A stretch of DNA of 64,000 nt, taken from an uncultured virus (IMG/VR IMGVR_UViG_3300025626_000016) (Duplodnaviria; Heunggongvirae; Uroviricota; Caudoviricetes). The notes beneath the pieces are model-generated. The model was not told the origin of the DNA. It was given only the letters and a program-made list of their open reading frames with translations, and made no database searches. Location of the stretch: the IMG/VR virus record IMGVR_UViG_3300025626_000016, one strand, 5' to 3'. Below are positions 48,973 through 57,239 of this stretch, one piece after another. Position 1 is the first letter of the stretch. Every line of letters starts with the position of its first letter. Position numbers and translations under genes: made by a program.

Positions 48973-50703
48973 TTATTTTATAGTCTTAACCCTCTCTGTG
49001 AAACTTGGAGGAAAGAACCCTGGTTTATATATCAAACTCCTGAAGCACGCATCCAAAACATATGTCACTGCCCAGTCATTCTCATTTCTTACAGACCTTC
49101 CAACACCTTGCATAATACTGATTCCAGTTTTCCAATCATACCACTCATTTGACGTTTGCATTTTAGCTTTAATTAAAGGATCACCTAATGATGGGTATGG
49201 AACTTTAAAGAATATTTGAAATCTACTAATATCATCTTTTAAATCTAAACCTTCTAATAAAGACGGTCCCATTAATACGGCACCCTCTTTCTTTTTAAAT
49301 AAATCTAACATTACCGATTTCTCTTTGGAGTTTTCATAATCCATGAGTCTAAATGTATGTTTAGAATTTTGTTTTATAAAATTAGTAAATGCATAAGATC
49401 CAGTGTGTATAACGCCACGCTGACCTTTATGTTTAGATATAATCTGATCTAAGATTTCTACAACTTTAGGTAAACTTTTTTCTCTTTCTCTAAAAGAAAG
49501 TTTATGTCTATTAACAAATACAATAGGAGATTTATCATAATTAAACACATTGTCCATTCTGATAAACTTAGCATTCTTAATTCCCATTATTTTAATAAAT
49601 GCTTTAGGATCTCCGATAGTTGCACTCATAAAAACTTTAAAGTCAGCCTTCTCGTGCAAATATTTGTTAATCATTAAACTTTCTTCTACACACATGAATT
49701 TTGCTTCATGTTCATTTTGATCTAAAACCATTTTATCGATTCCAACTTCTTTGATTAAACTCAAATAATCTTCAACTTTACAATGAACGTCCTTAAGTCT
49801 ATCAAAATGTCCAAATGAAGTTTGCCAATCTTTTGGTACTCCAGTATTTCCATATCTTCTCTTAGCTAATTTATTAGCAACCTTTCTAACTTTACCAAAA
49901 CCATGCAATATTCTTTCAAATTCACTCATGGCCGAAAACACGTCATGTTTATCTCCAGACATCATTTCATTTACGAGATGTTGTATTTTATTTTTTGTGT
50001 ATGTGGCTTCTTGAAATCCTTGTCTACTTGCAAATCTATTTAAAGTTACCATTTTATCTACAATAGTCTGATCTATTCTAGGACTAAAATGACTTTGAAC
50101 TATATCATCAACTCTATGTGCTTCGTCAAAGAAAACAAAATCACGTTGTTCAAATGGGATTGTTCTTTCTTCTTGTTCCATTTTGGCTTCAACATAATTT
50201 CTTTGAATTAACCAAAAAGAATAATTTAATAATGAGACTGGTTGATCTATTGCTCGCCGCCTATTCTGAAGGTATTCACATGATCCATAACATGACAAAG
50301 ATTCTGCTTGTTCATATCCCATTCCTTTTAGTTTGCAATCTCCGAGTGAAAATGGCAAACCATTAACGGAGCATTCATAATTATCAACACCCTTAATTGA
50401 TGGCCATCGTAATCCATATTTATAAAAGTCAGACTCATACTGATCTTGGAGACTCAGGTCGCTAGTAACCATATAACCTCTATTACCAAGTTCTTTTAAT
50501 ACATGTGCTGACCACATCGCTATAAGTGATTTACCAGCACCAGTGGGTGCGTCAATAACTAATGTTGATTTTGGATCTTCTAAATATGTTTCACATATCT
50601 TAGTAACAATTTCTCTTTGTCCTTTTCTAAATGTAAAGGATTTTCCAAATACATTTTCGTCTAATGTTTTTTGAATAATTTGATCTATAGATCGTTCCAA
50701 CAT
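48973..50703 (-). CDS. DinG/YoaA-family (XPD-like) helicase
   Basis: FRKGQ, APTGAGKS, Cys cluster (Fe-S candidate), DEAH, SAT, EGLD, KVPYP, QGVGRSVR..ND. Confidence 0.88.
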   Translation of the reverse strand: MLERSIDQIIQKTLDENVFGKSFTFRKGQREIVTKICETYLEDPKSTLVIDAPTGAGKSLIAMWSAHVLKELGNRGYMVTSDLSLQDQYESDFYKYGLRWPSIKGVDNYECSVNGLPFSLGDCKLKGMGYEQAESLSCYGSCEYLQNRRRAIDQPVSLLNYSFWLIQRNYVEAKMEQEERTIPFEQRDFVFFDEAHRVDDIVQSHFSPRIDQTIVDKMVTLNRFASRQGFQEATYTKNKIQHLVNEMMSGDKHDVFSAMSEFERILHGFGKVRKVANKLAKRRYGNTGVPKDWQTSFGHFDRLKDVHCKVEDYLSLIKEVGIDKMVLDQNEHEAKFMCVEESLMINKYLHEKADFKVFMSATIGDPKAFIKIMGIKNAKFIRMDNVFNYDKSPIVFVNRHKLSFREREKSLPKVVEILDQIISKHKGQRGVIHTGSYAFTNFIKQNSKHTFRLMDYENSKEKSVMLDLFKKKEGAVLMGPSLLEGLDLKDDISRFQIFFKVPYPSLGDPLIKAKMQTSNEWYDWKTGISIMQGVGRSVRNENDWAVTYVLDACFRSLIYKPGFFPPSFTERVKTIK

Positions 50704-51191
50704 ATAACTTCATTTACTTCGATACCAGCTTTCCTTAATAATTCTACTCCACCCATATCTCTATAGTCTTCTGAATAAAATACTCGCTTAATACCTGATT
50801 GAATAATTAATTTTGCACAGTCAAAACATGGACATGTAGTCACGTACATGTCTGCTCCTTCAGAAGAAAGAGTAGATTTACTGATTTTTGCCAAAGCATT
50901 TGATTCTGCATGTAATACTTCTCGTTTAGTTACCTCTTTGGAACAACACACACCTTCGCATTCATATCCTTTTTCAATTAGTATCTGCATGTGGTCAGGA
51001 TTATCTACATACCTGATTTGTTCCTCTTCACAATCATTATCAAAGTCATATGGCGTACCGTTATAACCTGTTGATATAATCTGAGTATCTTTTACAATAA
51101 TACATCCAACGCGCCTACGTTTAGCGTAAGATAATTTGGCTATTTGATAAGCCATTTGCATGTATATTAATTCTACTGGAATTCTAGGCAT
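50685..51191 (-). CDS. dCMP deaminase
   Basis: RRVGCIIV...GYNG, HAESNA, PCFDC; likely start 51191 (MPRIP), because the 51218 ATG lies inside a hairpin. Confidence 0.92.
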   Translation of the reverse strand: MPRIPVELIYMQMAYQIAKLSYAKRRRVGCIIVKDTQIISTGYNGTPYDFDNDCEEEQIRYVDNPDHMQILIEKGYECEGVCCSKEVTKREVLHAESNALAKISKSTLSSEGADMYVTTCPCFDCAKLIIQSGIKRVFYSEDYRDMGGVELLRKAGIEVNEVICWNDL

Positions 51192-51207
51192 ATTGTCTCT
51201 TAAATAA

Positions 51208-51238
51208 AAAGGGTCCATGTATTATACATGAACCCTTT
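51208..51238 (-). terminator. Intrinsic terminator closing the cargo cassette
   Basis: Minus RNA AAAGGGUUCAUGUA-UAA-UACAUGGACCCUUU followed by UUAUUU; 14-bp stem with one G-U pair. Confidence 0.75.
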
Positions 51239-51248
51239 AAAAAGTTTA
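51222..51248 (-). promoter_or_regulatory. Putative promoter TAAAC-N17-TATAA for dCMP deaminase, overlapping the terminator
   Basis: Matches the repeated motif; the TATAA box spans the hairpin loop. Confidence 0.55.
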
Positions 51249-51265
51249 ATCCGATGATACTTGGA

Positions 51266-51772
51266 TTATTTTGCTTCGTACATTTCTTTAAGCTCATCAA
51301 TCTTTTTATTGTAAGCTTCTTTGATACCGTTTAGACATGCTTCGTACATTTCTTTAGTAAGTCCTTCTCCATGTATCTCAGCGTTCGCATCTTCTGCTGA
51401 CTGAGCAACTAATGTTGCAGCTAATGCTGCGTTTTCTTTAAGGTAAGACTCAACTGTGTGGTCAGGATAGTCATCTCCTTCATAGTCACATGCTTCTTTG
51501 ACAGCACACTCATATGCTTCTGTCATCATTTCTGAAACTGCCTTTACAACCTCTTCCTCTTTTTCAACTTCTTCAGCCTCTTCAACGTCTTCAGTTTCTT
51601 CTTCAGTTTCAGTTTCTTCTTCAGTTTCTTTTTCGTCTTCGCCCTCTTTTTCTACTTCGATTTCATAATCTCCGTCTACTTTAATTTCGATTTCGTCTTC
51701 AGCTAACTTATCTGTATCCGCTAGATTTTTATTAGCAGCATACTCTTCGAATGATAATATTTTTTTGTCCAT
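51266..51772 (-). CDS. Highly acidic putative head internal/scaffold-like protein
   Basis: N-terminus MDKKILSFEEY; Glu-rich; GATATATA upstream at 51792. Confidence 0.75.
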   Translation of the reverse strand: MDKKILSFEEYAANKNLADTDKLAEDEIEIKVDGDYEIEVEKEGEDEKETEEETETEEETEDVEEAEEVEKEEEVVKAVSEMMTEAYECAVKEACDYEGDDYPDHTVESYLKENAALAATLVAQSAEDANAEIHGEGLTKEMYEACLNGIKEAYNKKIDELKEMYEAK

Positions 51773-51807
51773 GTTATGTTGTTATTTTTATTATATATCT
51801 TAGTATA

Positions 51808-52290
51808 TTATAGTGTTTCTATTTTATTGTTTTTCATCCAAGTTGATAATTCACTTTCTGCTCTATCAAAAAGTCTATTTCTGTTAATACTTAATCCAAA
51901 ATTATTAAAGTATTCTTTCATTAAATAGTATGCAGGTTCTACTGATTCTCCATTAGCAACCATATCACTCACATGTTTTGAAACTTCATATGCATAATAC
52001 GCGGCTTTTTCTGCCATAGGGTTTGTCATTGCATTATAAAAATCTCCACCGTAAAATTTACCTACAGTTTCTCCAAACTTTTGTTTCATTTCTATCCATG
52101 AAATCCCTTCTAATCCAATCCATAATTTAGCTTGGACCGCCTTAGTGTCTTTTCTAATAAAACCTTCTTTTGCCATACCCTTAGTTATCTCTAGGATTTT
52201 CTTAGGAATTGGTAATTTGCCATTATCTTTTTCCCATGCTTTGATTTCTTTATCATTTACAAATGATTCAAATAATTTTATGTATTTCAT
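51808..52290 (-). CDS. Hypothetical protein with the shared N-terminal targeting-like peptide
   Basis: MKYIKLFESFVND. Confidence 0.8.
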   Translation of the reverse strand: MKYIKLFESFVNDKEIKAWEKDNGKLPIPKKILEITKGMAKEGFIRKDTKAVQAKLWIGLEGISWIEMKQKFGETVGKFYGGDFYNAMTNPMAEKAAYYAYEVSKHVSDMVANGESVEPAYYLMKEYFNNFGLSINRNRLFDRAESELSTWMKNNKIETL

Positions 52291-52296
52291 ATCGAT

Positions 52297-52983
52297 TTAT
52301 GCCTTAGACCTTTTTTTTACTGTTTTGAGTTTCGCCTTTAGGGCTAATTGGTTTTTTTGAACAGCTATTTTCATGCCATCAACAGAAGTTTGTTGCATTT
52401 TTGATTTTAATAATGCAGTTTCTATTTTATCAGCAGGTTCTTTTGATTTATCTTTAGATTTTTTATTTATCAGTTCAACAAAATCTTTGTTCTTCTTAGA
52501 TAAACCTTTTTGTTTTTTAGTAAGATCTTTTATTTTTTGTTTATCGCTTTTTGGTTTACTCTTCTTTTTCTCTAGAATAAATTTATCTAAAGATAAAACG
52601 TTAACCATTTCTTCAACTTTACCCATCTTTTTTGATAGTTCCATTGCCCAATCAACTCCTTCGTCTCCGCCCCATATTAACCAAGAAACATAACCTTTAT
52701 CTTTCCATGGAGTTTCTTTTAATTCGGGCTTAATAGATGAATTTTTTCTATGTCTATTAAATGAAGCCATACGCTTTACTGTATCACCAGATATGTTTTC
52801 ACCTTTAGCTAATTGATGTGCTCTTGCCCAACCAACTGCAGTTCCAGCATCCACTTCTTCACGACCATGTTTTTCTTTCCAATCGATAGCCATTTGAGCA
52901 TTTTTCTTTGCTGCTTCTGGATAATCGTTGTAAGTATCATCATCTCTGACTTCAGATTCTAAAAACAATTTAATATACTTCAT
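52297..52983 (-). CDS. Hypothetical protein with the shared N-terminal peptide, a conserved-looking phage domain and a Lys-rich tail
   Basis: MKYIKLFLESE; GT.VGWARA.QLA.GENIS..TVKRMASF...WLIWGGD.G..WA; very basic C-terminus. Confidence 0.8.
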   Translation of the reverse strand: MKYIKLFLESEVRDDDTYNDYPEAAKKNAQMAIDWKEKHGREEVDAGTAVGWARAHQLAKGENISGDTVKRMASFNRHRKNSSIKPELKETPWKDKGYVSWLIWGGDEGVDWAMELSKKMGKVEEMVNVLSLDKFILEKKKSKPKSDKQKIKDLTKKQKGLSKKNKDFVELINKKSKDKSKEPADKIETALLKSKMQQTSVDGMKIAVQKNQLALKAKLKTVKKRSKA

Positions 52984-52986
52984 GTA

Positions 52987-55515
52987 TTATATATTGTTAT
53001 TTCTATGTGATTGATCAAAGTGATTCTGTTCCTTTAGCTCTTTATCATGTCCTTCGTCTCTAACTTCTTTAGCAACATCTTTGTCAGCATCTCCCCAAGT
53101 TCCTTTACCTTTTGTTAAAAATGCATTTACTCGAGCGTATCCCCATTGTTGTTCAGTTGCACCCGGCCTATGACCAGTTTTCCATGCCGCCATTCCTCTT
53201 CTCATAATAATTCTAATAATTCCAATTGGTACACCGGTTTCTTCTGATTTTGTCTTAAGTGCTTTTTCAATTTTAGGATCACTGATTGGACCTCTATCAC
53301 CTTCAACCTTTTCTAAAATATCACATTCTGCTAATTCTTCTTGAGCAAACTCATTATATTCTTTAGCCCACGCTTTCCATTTAGATGGTCTAGCATAATC
53401 AGATAAAATCATATCGATAGCATCTGGTTGAGAAATCTGAGAATTAATATCATTCCATACTTTATCTGCTAACCATCTACCAGCTTTTGCGTTTAAATAA
53501 GATAGGGCTCCAGCGTCTGAGAATTTCCAACTCTTAGTTAGTATTCCCCACACATCGTTCCATATTTCTTCAATCTCATAAGAGTCCATATGAACATCTA
53601 AAGTTCCCCAAAATCCATACATTTGATTGATGTCATCTGTATTATATTGTAACTTTTTGCCGAATTTAAAATTAGGCACTCTACTTTCTGTAATTAAATC
53701 TTCATTTAATGTTTTTAATAAAGAATTAAAAAATCTAGGTGATAAAGACTCTACGAATCCTCTTTCTTCAGCATCGTTCTGTATCCACTCTTTGTCTTTA
53801 GAAGAAAGCTTTTCATAATCTTTATTAAATCTATGATGCGATATTAAATCATAGATATCTTCTAAATTATAATTACCTTCATTGGCCTTTCTCATGTCGA
53901 TCCAAACTCTAATAATATCTGCATAATCTTTGGCAGTTAATTTAGTTTTATTTCCATGAGTTGTTCTATCATTAAGATCGAACATCTGCTTAGCAAACTT
54001 ATCGATATTACCTGATTTAAAATATAACGTAGCTCTTTGTCTTCCATTATCTAATAATTCAAAAGTTTCTTCTTTTTCATCATGTGGATCTAATCTCCAA
54101 CCAGCTGAATGATTAACTCTAATATCTAAACCACTAGAATTACTATCAACAACTACAGTCCAATGACCAGAAGACTGATATGTTTTTCCTTTAGCATACT
54201 TGATTTTCTCTTCGTTAACTAATGATTCATATACTAAATATCCATTAGATCTAGCAAAAACATTAGACTCATCGTTCCACTGTTCTTTAGTACTACTTAT
54301 TGAAATTTGTATATAATTCTTTGCACCTAAATCTGGCTGTATAAGAAAAACTAAATCATCACTACCAACATAAAGATCCCAATTTCTACCTGATTTTTGA
54401 GTTAGTAATAATTGAAAATTAGAATCTAATTCCTTTTTAAGTTCTCTTGTATTTGGAAAGCTTCCACGACCCGTAGAAAAACCATCTCTGTATTCTAGTT
54501 CATCTCCAAAAGAAAGTTGATCTACGAATTTTTGTAATCTTTCTTCTTCATCATTCTCAAAATAAAACTCATTAACTACTGATTCAACACTAGTTGCTTC
54601 ATTGGCAGATTCTAAAATAATAGAATTTAGTCTTACTTCTTTTTGAAATCTACCACTACGTACATCGTCAGTTACTTCTAACTTAACACCATACATTGCT
54701 GTTAATTTTACTTTTACTTTTTTACCATTATGTTCCGCTTCAAATTCTTTAAATGCATTTGCTTGTCGACCATAATCTGTAATTTCATATTCTCCATCTT
54801 CTGTATCAAATATAGTACCTATGCTAAGTTTCCTAAGAATCTTTGCACCCATCATTGATATTTTAGAAGAAGATATGGTTTTTCTTTCAGTAACTAATGA
54901 TTCTAATATCTTTGAATTTTTATCTATTGATCAAATAGTTTCTTTTTTTCTTATAATAGAAATTCCCTTGAATGTCGATTTGTTAAAATATTTGTTACTT
55001 CTGTTCTCATATCTTTTTAATGAAGAGTGATCTGCAAACACACCGCCTGGAATGTTGTATATGATAGTTCCCTTTGGTAACACTATATTTGTATAATTGC
55101 CAATTTGAACACCTTCAACATCTTTTTTTAATTCATATTTTCTATTATCTAAATTATATGTACCTCCACTCATAGTGCCTGAGTTTGGTCTAAATGTTGC
55201 TTCATCTAGCGACTCGTCTTTTTTATCACCATATAATTCATGATATTTCTTTACATGTTTAGATGTTTTAACTTCACCCTTTTCTCTAGCTTCCTTATCA
55301 CCTGGCATTTCTTTATATGCGCTGGAATCATCGTCAGCCATGTCTGATTGTTTTTTTATCTGATCTTTTTTATCTTCAATCTCATTATCGTCTAACCCTC
55401 TATGATATGGTTTTGGACCTGGTTTTGCTTCTGACAAATAATATGCGGTATACTCTTCTCTTGTCATGTTTAGTTTTGCAGCTTGCACTCCTAGGAAATC
55501 GTTAAAATTGCTCAT
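52987..55515 (-). CDS. Multi-domain polyprotein interrupted by one in-frame TGA at 54931-54933 (track ORFs 54931..55590 and 52987..54855 share a frame)
   Basis: Reading through gives ...KKETI*SIDKNSKILESLVTERKTISSSKISMMGAK... with no other stop; C-terminal RGMAAWKTGHRPGA..QWGYARVNAF (DUF5824-like, from recall). Confidence 0.7.
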
Positions 55516-55525
55516 GTTGTTTTTA

Positions 55526-55981
55526 TTATTTTGGTAATCTAACCATAGTATCTTTAGTTTGGCTCTTATCCGTATTCTTGACAAAATCAAAGTTTTTATA
55601 AAACTTATTTAATCTAGAAATAGAAGTTGCTCCAAAATCTTTAGAAGGTGTTAGATATATTTTTAAATTTTGTGTGTCAGCATAGTCAGTAATTCTTGAC
55701 ATAACCTTAGAACCGATCCCTTTATCACGATCCTCTTTTTTTACTTTTATTTTACTAAGTTGTAGGTACTTACCATTATCATATAAATCTAATTCTATAT
55801 TGAATTGATCTTCTAATTCTTGTAAGATGAATTGTTCTCCTAAAATAGGTGTATTATCATGATTACATTTATGACAAATAAACACATCGTGTCCACCCTC
55901 TTCTATTTCCCAAGACCAACCACAGTTATCACAAGATACTTTGTTTGCCGTAAACTCCTCGAATAGTTTTATATATTTCAT
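55526..55981 (-). CDS. Zn ribbon plus GNAT acetyltransferase with the shared N-terminal peptide
   Basis: MKYIKLFEEF; CDNC...CHKC; acetyl-CoA motif V..EDRDKGIGSK and L.KFYKNFDF. Confidence 0.8.
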   Translation of the reverse strand: MKYIKLFEEFTANKVSCDNCGWSWEIEEGGHDVFICHKCNHDNTPILGEQFILQELEDQFNIELDLYDNGKYLQLSKIKVKKEDRDKGIGSKVMSRITDYADTQNLKIYLTPSKDFGATSISRLNKFYKNFDFVKNTDKSQTKDTMVRLPK

Positions 55982-55982
55982 A

Positions 55983-56681
55983 TTAAAATTTCGGTATACC
56001 TCCTATTTTTGCTGCTCTTCGTCTCCAGAGATCTAATACTTGTTCTCTTTCTTCGTCATTAATAACACCTTGTTCCTGTTGTGTATCTAAATATCTACCA
56101 ACAGTATCGCTCATGTTTTCCTTTCTCTTCTTAGCTTCATATCTTAATCCTTGTAAATTAGCATCCACTTCTTTAGGTAGCATTAGATACTGAGATTTTG
56201 GTAAAAGTCCCATTTTTATATAGGCTCTTAGTTCACTATCATCTTCATTAGGTTTACCTTTTCTATAATTTCCGGTGTCAATTCCGTCTTGTGTAATATG
56301 TTCCATTTCATGACGAACTACATCTGCTAAATGAAAATATACCATTGACCATTCTCCTGGAATCCACTCAGGATTTAAAGCAAAGTCTATAATAATATAA
56401 GGTGTTTGAAAGTCACCGTGATCATCATCGTCTCTACCATCTGCACCTGTTGAATCTAATACTTGAAATCCTTCATATTTTTTATCAATATGAATAGTAG
56501 CCTCAATATCAAATTCTAAACCTCTCTCTTCAATTTGGTCTCCATAATTTATAGTAGCGTTCCCGCCTTTATATGATTTAACCCATTTATTGAATATAGC
56601 TTTAGTTAATTTGGAAGCTAATCCATCATATGCAGATCTTCCTTCACCAATAAAACTTTCATATGTTCTAATATGTTTCAT
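55983..56681 (-). CDS. Zincin-like metallopeptidase with the shared N-terminal peptide
   Basis: MKHIRTYESFIGE; HEMEH plus downstream Y...P.EVDA. Confidence 0.75.
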   Translation of the reverse strand: MKHIRTYESFIGEGRSAYDGLASKLTKAIFNKWVKSYKGGNATINYGDQIEERGLEFDIEATIHIDKKYEGFQVLDSTGADGRDDDDHGDFQTPYIIIDFALNPEWIPGEWSMVYFHLADVVRHEMEHITQDGIDTGNYRKGKPNEDDSELRAYIKMGLLPKSQYLMLPKEVDANLQGLRYEAKKRKENMSDTVGRYLDTQQEQGVINDEEREQVLDLWRRRAAKIGGIPKF

Positions 56682-56719
56682 GTATTATATATCATTTAAA
56701 TTTAACCGTACTTTAAAGC

Positions 56720-56751
56720 AAAAAAAATGAGGTTCGTTAGAACCTCATTTT
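56720..56751 (-). terminator. Intrinsic terminator upstream of the cargo cassette
   Basis: aaaatgaggttc-gtta-gaacctcatttt perfect 12-bp stem with a U-tract on the minus strand. Confidence 0.85.
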
Positions 56752-56771
56752 CATGGTTAGTTGAGACTTTA

Positions 56772-57017
56772 TTAACCGTTTACTTGACCGGTTTTGCCTA
56801 CTTGTGTGCCTTCGTCACTATCAACGAAAATTTGATCTAGAACTTCTAAATACCCATTTGCATCGGTTATTGTTCTTACCAATTTATCCATTTCTTCAAT
56901 GACTTGTGGGTGTTCACCAATTCCCACTGCATTTTTAGAATACACTTCTAATGTTGCAATTGCCTCTAATCTCATAGCGACATACTTAGCTCTAAGAGCG
57001 TCTACTTTTAAACTCAT
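56772..57017 (-). CDS. Hypothetical protein
   Basis: 81 aa, contains AVGIGEHP. Confidence 0.75.
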   Translation of the reverse strand: MSLKVDALRAKYVAMRLEAIATLEVYSKNAVGIGEHPQVIEEMDKLVRTITDANGYLEVLDQIFVDSDEGTQVGKTGQVNG

Positions 57018-57220
57018 AATTTGTTGTTATTTAATTCTTTTAATTGATCAATGATTGTCTGTAATGCGCTAAATACAATAGATGCTATCATAAACATCCA
57101 AAACCTGGTAGATTCTTGGCCCATACACAATGATACAATAGCAAATACTAAGAATAATGTTCCTTGTACGCCAATTGCTCTGTTAGACAATTTGCTCAAT
57201 ACATTTTTAATTTTTTTCAT
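57014..57220 (-). CDS. Small two-TM membrane protein
   Basis: Two hydrophobic helices. Confidence 0.7.
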   Translation of the reverse strand: MKKIKNVLSKLSNRAIGVQGTLFLVFAIVSLCMGQESTRFWMFMIASIVFSALQTIIDQLKELNNNKL

Positions 57221-57239
57221 ATACTAATTTTTATAATGG

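Noticed and set aside
54931..54933. Genome-wide stop-codon reassignment or selenocysteine at the in-frame TGA
   Set aside because: Other genes are intact under the standard code, and TGA/TAG end genes at sensible places (e.g. 5890, 3815, 62943). The context is not a redox motif and no SECIS-like hairpin was evident.
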